Below, piece after piece: positions 29,701 through 43,473 of a DNA stretch of 64,000 nt (position 1 is the stretch's first letter; the number at the start of each line of letters is the position of its first letter). The stretch lies in NCBI RefSeq assembly GCF_009914755.1, contig NC_060925.1; one strand, given 5' to 3'. The DNA is from the human T2T-CHM13v2.0 reference genome, Homo sapiens. Position numbers and translations under genes: made by a program. The notes under the pieces were generated by a model. The model searched no databases, was not told the DNA's origin, and worked only from the letters and a program-made list of their open reading frames with translations.

Positions 29701-32700
29701 ATCATTGAATGGAATCGAATGGAATCATCATCAGATGGAAATGAATGGAATCGTCATAGAATGGAATCGAATGGATTCATTGAATGGAATCAGATGGAAT
29801 CATCGAATGGACTGGAATGGAATCATTGAATGGACTCGAAAGGGATCATTATTGAATGGAATTGAATGGAATCATCGAATGGTCTCGATTGGAATCATTA
29901 CCAAATGGAATCGAATGGAATCACCGAATAGAATCGAATGGAACAATCATCGAATGGACTCAAATGGAATTATCCTCCAATGGAATCAAATGGAATTATC
30001 GAATGCAATCGAATGGAATTATCAAATGCAATCGAATGGAATTATCGAATGCAATCGAATAGAATCATCGAATGGACTCGAATGGAATCATCGAATGGAA
30101 TGGAATGGAACAGTCAATGAACTTGAATGGAATCATCATTGAATGGAATCGAATGGAATCATCGAGTGGAATCGAATGGAATTATGATCAAATGGAATCT
30201 AATGGAATCATCATCAAATGGAATCAAAAATAACCATCATCAATTGGTATTGAATGGAATTGTCATCAAATGGAATTCAAAGGAATCATCATCAAATGGA
30301 ACCGAATGGAATCCTCATTGAATGGAAATGAAAGGGGTCATCATCTAATGGAATCGCATGGAATCATCATCAAATGGAATCGAATGGAATCATCATCAAA
30401 TGGAATCTAATGGAATCATTGAACAGAATTGAATGGAATCGTCATCGAATGAATTGAATGCAATCATCGAATGGTCTCGAATGGAATCATCTTCTAATGG
30501 AAAGGAATGGAATCATCGCATAGAATCGAATGGAATTATCATCGAATGGAATCGAATGGTATCAACACCAAACGGAAAAAAACGGAATTATCGAATGGAA
30601 TCGAAGAGAATCTTCGAACGGACCCGAATGGAATCATCTAATGGAATGGAATGGAATAATCCATGGACTCGAATGCAATCATCATCGAATGGAATCGAAT
30701 GGAGTCATCGAATGGACTCGAATGGAATAATCATTGAACGGAATCGAATGGAATCATCATCGGATGGAAACGAATGGAATCATCATCGAATTGAAATGAA
30801 AGGAGTCATCATCTAATGGAATTGCATGGAATCATCATAAAATGGAATCGAATGGAATCAACATCAAATGGAATCAAATGGAATCATTGAACGGAATTGA
30901 ATGGAATCGTCATCGAATGAATTGACTGCAATCATCGAATGGTCTCGAATGGAATCATCTTCAAATGGAATGCAATGGAATCATCGCATAGAATCGAATG
31001 GAATTATCATCGAATGGAATCGAATGGAATCAACATCAAACGGAAAAAAACAGAATTATCGTATGGAATCTAAGAGAATCATCGAATGGACCCGAATGGA
31101 ATCATCTAATGGAATGGAATGGAATAATCCATGGACTCGAATGCAATCATCATCGAATGGAATCGAATGGAATCATCGAATGGACTCGAATGGAATAATC
31201 ATTGAACGGAATCGAATGGAATCATCATCGGATGGAAATGAATGGAATCATCATCGAATGGAATCGAATAGAATTATGGAATGAAATCCAGTGTGATCAT
31301 CATCGAATGGACCCGAATGGAATCATCATCCAACGGAAGCTAATGGAATCAACATCGAATGAATCGAATGGAAACACCATCGAATTGAAACGAATGGAAT
31401 TATCATGAAATTGAAATGGATGGACACATCATCGAATGGATTCGAATGGAATCATCGAATAAAATTGATTGAAATCATCATCAAATGGAATCGAATGGTA
31501 TCATTGAATGGAATCGAATGGAATCATCATCAGATGGAAATGAATGGAATCGTCATAGAATGGAATCGAATGGATTCATTGAATGGAATCAGATGGAATC
31601 ATCGAATGGACTGGAATGGAATCATTGAATGGACTCGAAAGGGATCATTATTGAATGGAATTGAATGGAATCATCGAATGGTCTCGATTGGAATCATTAT
31701 CAAATGGAATCGAATGGAATCACCGAATAGAATCGAATGGAACAATCATCGAATGGACTCAAATGGAATTATCCTCAAATGGAATCGAATGGAATTATCG
31801 AATGCAATCGAATGGAATTATCGAATGCAATCGAATAGAATCATCGAATGGACTCGAATGGAATCATCGAATGGAATGGAATGGAACAGTCAATGAACTC
31901 GAATGGAATCATCATTGAATGGAATCGAATGGAATCATCGAGTGGAATCGAATGGAATTATGATCAAATGGAATCGAATGTAATCATCATCAAATGGAAT
32001 CAAAAATAACCATCATCAATTGGTATTGAATGGAATTGTCATCAAATGGAATTCAAAGGAATCATCATCAAATGGAACCGAATGGAATCCTCATTGAATG
32101 GAAATGAAAGGGGTCATCATCTAATGGAATCGCATGGAATCATCATCAAATGGAATCGAATGGAATCATCATCAAATGGAATCTAATGGAATCATTGAAC
32201 AGAATTGAATGGAATCGTCATCGAATGAATTGAATGCAATCATCGAATGGTCTCGAATGGAATCATCTTCTAATGGAAAGGAATGGAATCATCGCATAGA
32301 ATCGAATGGAATTATCATCGAATGGAATCGAATGGTATCAACACCAAACGGAAAAAAACGGAATTATCGAATGGAATCGAAGAGAATCTTCGAACGGACC
32401 CGAATGGAATCATCTAATGGAATGGAATGGAATAATCCATGGACTCGAATGCAATCATCATCGAATGGAATCGAATGGAATCATCGAATGGACTCGAATG
32501 GAATAATCATTGAACGGAATCGAATGGAATCATCATCGGATGGAAATGAATGGAATCATCATCGAAGGGAAATGAAAGGAGTCATCATCTAATGGAATTG
32601 CATGGAATCATCATAAAATGGAATCGAATGGAATCAACATCAAATGGAATCAAATGGAATCATTGAACGGAATTGAATGGAATCGTCATCGAATGAATTG

Positions 32701-33880
32701 ACTGCAATCATCGAATGGTCTCGAATGGAATCATCTTCAAATGGAATGGAATGGAATCATCGCATAGAATCGAATGGAATTATCATCGAATGGAATCGAA
32801 TGGAATCAACATCCAACGGAAAAAAACGGAATTATCGAATGGAATCGAAGAGAATCATCGAATGGACCCGAATGGAATCATCTAATGGAATGGAATGGAA
32901 TAATCCATGGACTCGAATGCAATCATCATCGAATGGAATCGAATGGAATCATCGAATGGACTCGAATGGAATAATCATTGAACGGAATCGAATGGAATCA
33001 TCATCGGATGGAAACGAATGGAATCATCATCGAATGGAAATGAAAGGATTCATCATCTGATGGAATTGCATGGAATCATCATAAAATGGAATCGAATGGA
33101 ATCAACATCAAATGGAATCAAATGGAATCATTGAACGGAATTGAATGGAATCGTCAACGAATGAATTGAATGCAATCATCGAATGGTCTCGAATGGAATC
33201 ATCTTCAAATGGAATGGAATGGAATCATCGCATAGAATCGAATGGAATTATCATCGAATGGAATCGAATGGAATCATCATCAAACGGAAAAATCGGAATT
33301 ATCGTATGGAATCGAAGAGAATCATCGAATGGACACGAATGGAATCATCTAATGGAGTGGAATGGAATAATCCACGGACTCGAATGCAATCATCATCGAA
33401 TGGAATCGAATGGAATCATCGAATGGACTCGAATGGAATAATCATCGAACGGAATCGAATGGAGTCATCATCGGATGGAAATGAATGGAATCATCATCGA
33501 ATGGAATCGAATAGAATTATGGAATGAAATCCAGTGTGATCATCATCGAATGGACCCGAATGGAATCATCATCCAACGGAAGCTAATGGAATCAACATCG
33601 AATGAATCGAATGGAAACACCATCGAATTGAAACGAATGGAATTATCATGAAATTGAAATGGATGGACTCATCATCGAATGGATTCGAATAGAATCATCG
33701 AATAAAATTGATTGAAATCATCAACAAATGGAATCGAATGCTATCATTGAATGGAATCGAATGGAATCATCATCAGATGGAAATGAATGGAATCGTCATA
33801 GAATGGAATCGAATGGATTCATTGAATGGAATCAGATGGAATCATCGAATGGACTGGAATGGAATCATTGAATGGACTCG
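22970..33880. repeat. Second copy of the seven-unit block, lacking 1,776 bp
   Basis: Anchors 24746, 26522, 28298, 29606 and 31405 equal 6497, 8273, 10049, 11357 and 13156 plus 18,249, with matching private variants. From ~33,000 the offset falls to 16,473 (16672 to 33145). The right edge is approximate. Confidence 0.82.
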
Positions 33881-36800
33881 AAAGGATTCATTATTGAATG
33901 GAATTGAATGGAATCATCGAATGGTCTCGATTGGAATCATTATCAAATGGAATCGAATGGAATCACCGAATAGAATCGAATGGAACAATCATCGAATGGA
34001 CTCAAATGGAATTATCCTCAAATGGAATCGAATGGAAATATCGAATGCAATCGAATGGAATTATCGAATGCAATCGAGTAGAATCATCGAATGGACTCGA
34101 ATGGAATCATCGAATGGAATGGAATGGAACAGTCAATGAACTCGAATGGAATCATCATTGAATGGAATCGAATGGAATCATCGAGTGGAATCGAATGGAA
34201 TTATGATCAAATGGAATCGAATGTAATCATCATCAAATGGAATCAAAAATAACCATCATCAATTGGTATTGAATGGAATTGTCATCAAATGGAATTCAAA
34301 GGAATCATCATCAAATGGAACCGAATGGAATCCTCATTGAATGGAAAGGAAAGGGGTCATCATCTAATGGAATCGCATGGAATCATCATCAAATGGAATC
34401 GAATGGAATCATCATCAAATGGAATCTAATGGAATCATTGAACAGAATTGAATGGAATCGTCATCGAATGAATTGAATGCAATCATCGAATGGTCTCGAT
34501 TGGAATCATCTTCTAATGGAAAGGAATGGAATCACCGCATAGAATCGAATGGAATTAACATTGAATGGACTCGAATGGAATCCACATCAAACGGAATCAA
34601 GCGGAATTATCAAACGGAATCAAAGAGAATCATCGAATGGACTCGAATGGAATCATCTAATGCAATGGAAAGGAATAATCCACGGACTCGAATGCAATCA
34701 TCATCGCATAGAATCGAATGGAATCATCGAATGGACTCGAATGGAATAATCAGTGAACGGAATCAAATGGAATCATCATCGGATGGAAACGAATGGAATC
34801 ATCATCGAATGGAAATGAAAAGAGTCATCATCTAATGGAATTGCATGGAATCATCATAAAATGGAATCGAATGGAATCATCATCAAATGGAATCCAATGG
34901 AATCATTGAACGGAATTGAATGGAATCGTCATCGAATGAATTGAATGCAATCATCGAATGGTCTCGAATGGAATCATCTTCAAATGGAATGGAATGGAAT
35001 CATCGCATAGAATCGAATGGAATTATCATCGAATGGAATCGAATGGAATCAGCATCAAACGGAATCAAGCGGAATTATCGAATGGAATCGAAGAGAATCA
35101 TCAAATGGACTCGAATGGAATCATCTAATGGAATGGAATGGAATAATCCACGGACTCGAATGCAATCATCATCGTATAGAATCGAATGGAATCATCGAAT
35201 GGACTCGAATGGAATAATCATTGAACGGAATCGAATGGAATCATCATCGGATGGAAACGAATGGAATCATCATCGAATGGAAATGAAAGGAGTCATCTAA
35301 TGGAATTGCATGGAATCATCATCAAATGGAATCGAATGGAATCAACATCAAATGGAATCAAATGGAATCATTGAACGGAATTGAATGGAATCGTCATCGA
35401 ATGAATTGAATGCAATCATCGAATGGTCTCGAATGGAATCATCTTCAAATGGAATGGAATGGAATCATCGCATAGAATCGAAAGGAGTTATCATCGAATG
35501 GAATCGAATGGAATCAACATCAAACGGAAAAAAACGGAATTATCGAATGGAATCGAAGAGAATCATCGAATGGACCCGAATGGAATCATCTAATGGAATG
35601 GAATGGAATAATCCATGGACTCGAATGCAATCATCATCGAAAGGAATCGAATGGAATCATCCAATGGACTCGAATGGAATAATCATTGAACGGAATCGAA
35701 TGGAATCATCATCGGATGGAAATGAATGGAATCATCATCGAATGGAATCGAATAGAATTATGGAATGAAATCCAGTGTGATCATCATCGAATGGACCCGA
35801 ATGGAATCATCATCCAATGGATGCTAATGGAATCAACATCGAATGAATCAAATGGAAACACCATCGAATTGAAACGAATGGAATTACCATGAAATTGAAA
35901 TGGATGGACTCATCATCGAATGGATTCGAAAGGAATCATCGAATAAAATTGATTGAAATCATCATCGAATGGAATCGAATGGTATCATTGAATGGAATCG
36001 AATGGAATCATCATCAGATGGAAATGAATGGAATCGTCATAGAATGGAATCGAATGGATTCATTGAATGGAATCAGATGGAATCATCGAATGGACTGGAA
36101 TGGAATCATTGACTGGACTCGAAAGGGATCATTATTGAATGGAATTGAATGGAATCATCGAATGGTCTCGATTGGAATCATTATCAAATGGAATCGAATG
36201 GAATCACCGAATAGAATCGAATGGAACAATCATCGAATGGACTCTAATGGAATTATCCTCAAATGGAATCGAATGGAATTATCGAATGCAATCGAATGGA
36301 ATTATCGAATGCAATCGAATAGAATCATCGAATGGACTCGAATGGAATCATCGAATGGAATGGAATGGAACAGTCAATGAACTCGAATGGAATCATCATT
36401 GAATGGAATCGAATGGAATCATCGAGTGGAATCGAATGGAATTATGATCAAATGGAATCGAATGTAATCATCATCAAATGGAATCAAAAATAACCATCAT
36501 CAATTGGTATTGAATGGAATTGTCATCAAATGGAATTTAAAGGAATCATCATCAAATGGAACCGAATGGAATCCTCATTGAATGGAAATGAAAGGGGTCA
36601 TCATCTAATGGAATCGCATGGAATCATCATCAAATGGAATCGAATGGAATCATCATCAAATGGAATCTAATGGAATCATTGAAAGAATTGAATGGAATCA
36701 TCATCGAATGAATTGAATGCAATCATCGAATGGTCTCGAATGGAATCATCTTCTAATGGAAAGGAATGGAAACATCGCATAGAATCGAATGGAATTATCA

Positions 36801-38496
36801 TCGAATGGAATCGAATGGTATCAACACCAAACGGAAAAAAACGGAATTATCAAATGGAATCGAAGAGAATCTTCGAACGGACCCGAATGGAATCATCTAA
36901 TGGAATGGAATGGAATAATCCATGGACTCGAATGCAATCATCATCGAATGGAATCGAATGGAATCATCGAATGGACTCGAATGGAATAATCATTGAACGG
37001 AATCGAATGGAATCATCATCGGATGGAAACGAATGGAATCATCATCGAATGGAAATGAAAGGAGTCATCATCTAATGGAATTGCATGGAATCATCATCAA
37101 ATGGAATCGAATGGAATCAACATCAAATGGAATCAAATGGAATCATTGAACGGAATTGAATGGAATCGACATCGAATGAATTGAATGCAATCATCGAATG
37201 GTCTCGAATGGAATCATCTTCAAATGGAATGGAATGGAATCATCGCATAGAATCGAATGGAATTATCATCGAATGGAATCGAATGGAATCAACATCAAAC
37301 GGAAAAAAACGGAATTATCGAATGGAATCGAAGAGAATCATCGAATGGACCCGAATGGAATCATCTAATGGAATGGAATGGAATAATCCATGGACTCGAA
37401 TGCAATCATCATCGAATGGAATCGAATGGAATCATCGAATGGACTCGAATGGAATAATCATTGAACGGAATCGAATGGAATCATCATCGGATGGAAATGA
37501 ATGGAATCATCATCGAATGGAATCGAATAGAATTATGGAATGAAATCCAGTGTGATCATCATCGAATGGACCCGAATGGAATCATCATCCAACGGAAGCT
37601 AATGGAATCAACATCGAATGAATCGAATGGAAACACCATCGAATTGAAACGAATGGAATTATCATGAAATTGAAATGGATGGACTCATCATCGAATGGAT
37701 TCGAATGGAATCATCGAATAAAATTGATTGAAATCATCATCGAATGGTATCGAATGGTATCATTGAATGGAATCGAATGGAATCATCATCAGATGGAAAT
37801 GAATGGAATCGTCATAGAATGGAATCGAATGGATTCATTGAATGGAATCAGATGGAATCATCGAATGGACTGGAATGGAATCATTGAATGGACTCGAAAG
37901 GGATCATTATTGAATGGAATTGAATGGAATCATTGAATGGTCTCGATTGGAATCATTATCAAATGGAATCGAATGGAATCACCGAATAGAATCGAATGGA
38001 ACAATCATCGAATGGACTCAAATGGAATTATCCTCCAATGGAATGGAATGGAATTATCGAATGCAATCGAATGGAATTATCGAATGCAATCGAATAGAAT
38101 CATCGAATGGACTCGAATGGAATCATCGAATGGAATGGAATGGAACAGTCAATGAACTCGAATGGAATCATCATTGAATGGAATCGAATGGAATCATCGA
38201 GTGGAATCGAATGGAATTATGATCAAATGGAATCGAATGTAATCATCATCAAATGGAATCAAAAATAACCATCATCAATTGGTATTGAATGGAATTCTCA
38301 TCAAATGGAATTCAAAGGAATCATCATCAAATGGAACTGAATGGAATCCTCATTGAATGGAAATGAAAGGGGTCATCATCTAATGGAATCGCATGGAATC
38401 ATCATCAAATGGAATCGAATGGAATCATCATCAAATGGAATCTGATGGAATCATTGAACAGAATTGAATGGAATCGTCATCGAATGAATTGAATGC

Positions 38497-38790
38497 AATC
38501 ATCGAATGGTCTCGAATGTAATCATATTCTAATGGAAAGGAATGGAATCATCGCATAGAATCGAATGGAATTAACATTGAATGGACTCGAATGGAATCAA
38601 CATCAAACGGAATCAAGCGGAATTATCGAATGGAATCGAAGAGAATCATCGAATGGTCTCGAATGGAATCATCTTCTAATGGAAAGGAATGGAATCATCG
38701 CATAGAATCGAATGGAATTAACATTGAATGGACTCGAATGGAATCAACATCAAATGGAATCAAGCGGAATTATCGAATGAAATCGAAGAG
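38497..38790. repeat. 147-bp tandem duplication inside a variant module
   Basis: ATCGAATGGTCTCG occurs at 38501 and again at 38648. Module length is 615=468+147 and the unit is 1,923 bp. Related 145-bp versions lie at ~47965-48255 and ~63298-63590. Confidence 0.88.
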
Positions 38791-41700
38791 AATCATCGAA
38801 TGGACTCGAATGGAATCATCTAATGGAATGGAATGGAATAATCCACGGACTCGAATGCAATCATCATCGTTTAGAATCGAATGGAATCATCGAAAGGACT
38901 CGAATGGAATAACCATTGAACGGAATCGAATGGAATCATCATCGGATGGAAACGAATGGAATCATCATCGAATGGAAATGAAAGGAGTCATCATCTAATG
39001 GAATTGCATGGAATCATCATCAAATGGAATCGAATGGAATCATCAACAAATGGAATCAAATGGAATCATTGAACGGAATTGAATGGAATCGTCATCGAAT
39101 GAACTGAATGCAATCATCGAATGGTCTCGAATGGAATCATCTTCAAATGGAATGGAATGGAATCATCGCATAGAATCGAATGGAATTATCATCGAATGGA
39201 ATCGAATGGTATCAACATCAAACGGAAAAAAACGGAATTATCGAATGGAATCGAAGAGAATCTTCGAACGGACCCGAATGGAATCATCTAATGGAATGGA
39301 ATGGAATATTCCATGGACTCGAATGCAATCATCATCGAATGGAATCGAATGGAATCATTGAAAGGACTCGAATGGAATAATCATTGAACGGAATCGAATG
39401 GAATCATCATCGGATGGAAATGAATGGAATCATCATCGAATGGAATCGAATAGAATTATGGAATGAAATCCAGTGTGATCATCATCGAATGGACCCGAAT
39501 GGAATCATCATCCAACGGAAGCTAATGGAATCAACATCGAATGAATCGAATGGAAACACCATCGAATTGAAACGAATGGAATTACCATGAAATTGAAATG
39601 GATGGACTCATCATCGAATGGATTCGAATGGAATCATCGAATAAAATTGATTGAAATCATCATCGAATGGAATCGAATGGTATCATTGAATGGAATCGAA
39701 TGGAATCATCATCAGATGGAAATGAATGGAATCGTCATAGAATGGAATCGAATGGATTCATTGAATGGAATCAGATGGAATCATCGAATGGACTGGAATG
39801 GAATCATTGACTGGACTCGAAAGGGATCATTATTGAATGGAATTGAATGGAATCATCGAATGGTCTCGATTGGAATCATTATCAAATGGAATCGAATGGA
39901 ATCACCGAATGGAATCGAATGGAACAATCATCGAATGGACTCAAATGGAATTATCCTCAAATGGAATCGAATGGAATTATCGAATGCAATCGAATGGAAT
40001 TATCGAATGCAATCGAATAGAATCATCGAATGGACTCGAATGGAATCATCGAATGGAATGGAATGGAAGAGTCAATGAACTCGAATGGAATCATCATTGA
40101 ATGGAATCGAATGGAATCATCGAGTGGAATCGAATGGAATTATGATCAAATGGAATCGAATGTAATCATCATCAAATGGAATCAAAAATAACCATCATCA
40201 ATTGGTATTGAATGGAATTGTCATCAAATGGAATTTAAAGGAATCATCATCAAATGGAACCGAATGGAATCCTCATTGAATGGAAATGAAAGGGGTCATC
40301 ATCTAATGGAATCGCATGGAATCATCATCAAATGGAATCGAATGGAATCATCATCAAATGGAATCTAATGGAATCATTGAAAGAATTGAATGGAATCATC
40401 ATCGAATGAATTGAATGCAATCATCGAATGGTCTCGAATGGAATCATCTTCTAATGGAAAGGAATGGAATCATCGCATAGAATCGAATGGAATTATCATC
40501 GAATGGAATCGAATGGTATCAACACCAAACGGAAAAAAACGGAATTATCGAATGGAATCGAAGAGAATCTTCGAACGGACCCGAATGGAATCATCTAATG
40601 GAATGGAATGGAATAATCCATGGACTCGAATGCAATCATCATCGAATGGAATCGAATGGAATCATCGAATGGACTCGAATGGAATAATCATTGAACGGAA
40701 TCGAATGGAATCATCATCGGATGGAAACGAATGGAATCATCATCGAATGGAAATGAAAGGAGTCATCATCTAATGGAATTGCATGGAATCATCATCAAAT
40801 GGAATCGAATGGAATCAACATCAAATGGAATCAAATGGAATCATTGAACGGAATTGAATGGAATCGTCATCGAATGAATTGAATGCAATCATCGAATGGT
40901 CTCGAATGGAAACATCTTCAAATGGAATGGAATGGAATCATCGCATAGAATCGAATGGAATTATCATCGAATGGAATCGAATGGAATCAACATCAAACGG
41001 AAAAAAACGGAATTATCGAATGGAATCGAAGAGAATCATCGAATGGACCCGAATGGAATCATCTAATGGAATGGAATGGAATAATCCATGGACTCGAATG
41101 CAATCATCATCGAATGGAATCGAATGGAATCATCGAATGGACTCGAATGGAATAATCATTGAACGGAATCGAATGGAATCATCATCGGATGGAAATGAAT
41201 GGAATCATCATCGAATGGAATCGAATAGAATTATGGAATGAAATCCAGTGTGATCATCATCGAATGGACCCGAATGGAATCATCATCCAACGGAAGCTAA
41301 TGGAATCAACATCGAATGAATCAAATGGAAACACCATCGAATTGAAACGAATGGAATTACCATGAAATTGAAATGGATGGACTCATCATCAAATGGATTC
41401 GAGTGGAATCATCGAATAAAATTGATTGAAATCATCATCGAATGGAATCGAATGGTATCATTGAATGGAATCGAATGGAATCATCATCAGATGGAAATGA
41501 AAGGAATCGTCATAGAATGGAATCGAATGGATTCATTGAATGGAATCAGATGGAATCTTCGAATGGACTGGAATGGAATCATTGAATGGACTCGAAAGGG
41601 ATCATTATTGAATGGAATTGAATGGAATCATCGAATGGTCTCGATTGGAATCATTATCAAATGGAATCGAATGGAATCACCGAATAGAATCGAATGGAAC

Positions 41701-43473
41701 AATCATCGAATGGACTCAAATGGAATTATCCTCAAATGGAATTGAATGGAATTATCGAATGCAATCGAATGGAATTATCGAATGCAATCGAATAGAATCA
41801 TCGAATGGACTCGAATGGAATCAACGAATGGAATGGAATGGAACAGTCAATGAACTCGAATGGAATCATCATTGAATGGAATCGAATGGAATCATCGAGT
41901 GGAATCGAATGTAATCATCATCAAATGGAATCAAAAATAACCATCATCAAATGGAATCAAAAATAACCATCATCAATTGGTATTGAATGGAATTCTCATC
42001 AAATGGAATTCAAAGGAATCATCATCAAATGGAACCGAATGGAATCCTCATTGAATGGAAATGAAATGGGTCATCATCTAATGGAATCGCATGGAATCAT
42101 CATAAAATGGAATCGAATGGAATCAACATCAAATGGAATCAAATGGAATCATTGAACGGAATTGAATGGAATCGTCATCGAAAGAATTGAATGCAATCAT
42201 CGAATGGTCTGGAATGGAATCATCTTCAAATGGAATGGAATGGAATCATCGCATAGAATCGAAAGGAATTATCATCGAATGGAATCGAATGGAATCAACA
42301 CCAAACGGAAAAAAACGGAATTATCGAATGGAATCGAAGAGAATCATCGAATGGACCCGAATGGAATCATCTAATGGAATGGAATGGAATAATCCATGGA
42401 CTCGAATGCAATCATCATCGAATGGAATCGAATGGAATCATCGAATGGACTCGAATGGAATAATCATTGAACGGAATCGAATGGAATCATCATCGGATGG
42501 AAACGAATGGAATCATCATCGAATGGAATCGAATAGAATTATGGAATGAAATCCAGTTTGATCATCATCGAATGGACCCGAATGGAATCATCATCCAACG
42601 GAAGCTAATGGAATCAACATCGAATGAATCGAATGGAAACACCATCGAATTGAAACGAATGGAATTATCATGAAATTGAAATGGATGGACTCATCATCGA
42701 ATGGATTCGAATGGAATCATCGAATAAAATTGATTGAAATCATCATCGAATGGTATCGAATGGTATCATTGAATGGAATCGAATGGAATCATCATCAGAT
42801 GGAAATGAATGGAATCGTCATAGAATGGAATCGAATGGATTCATTGAATGGAATCAGATGGAATCATCGAATGGACTGGAATGGAATCATTGAATGGACT
42901 CGAAAGGGATCATTATTGAATGGAATTGAATGGAATCATTGAATGGTCTCGATTGGAATCATTATCAAATGGAATCGAATGGAATCACCGAATAGAATCG
43001 AATGGAACAATCATCGAATGGACTCAAATAGAATTATCCTCAAATGGAATCGAATGGAATTATCGAATGCAATCGAATGGAATTATCGAATGCAATCGAA
43101 TAGAATCATCCAATGGACTCGAATGGAATCATCGAATGGAATGGAATGGAACAGTCAATGAACTCGAATGGAATCATCATTGAATGGAATCGAATGGAAT
43201 CATCGAGTGGAATCGAATGGAATTATGATCAAATGGAATCGAATGTAATCATCATCAAATGGAATCAAAAATAACCATCATCAATTGGTATTGAATGGAA
43301 TTCTCATCAAATGGAATTCAAAGGAATCATCATCAAATGGAACTGAATGGAATCCTCATTGAATGGAAATGAAAGGGGTCATCATCTAATGGAATCGCAT
43401 GGAATCATCATCAAATGGAATCGAATGGAATCATCATCAAATGGAATCTGATGGAATCATTGAACAGAATTGA

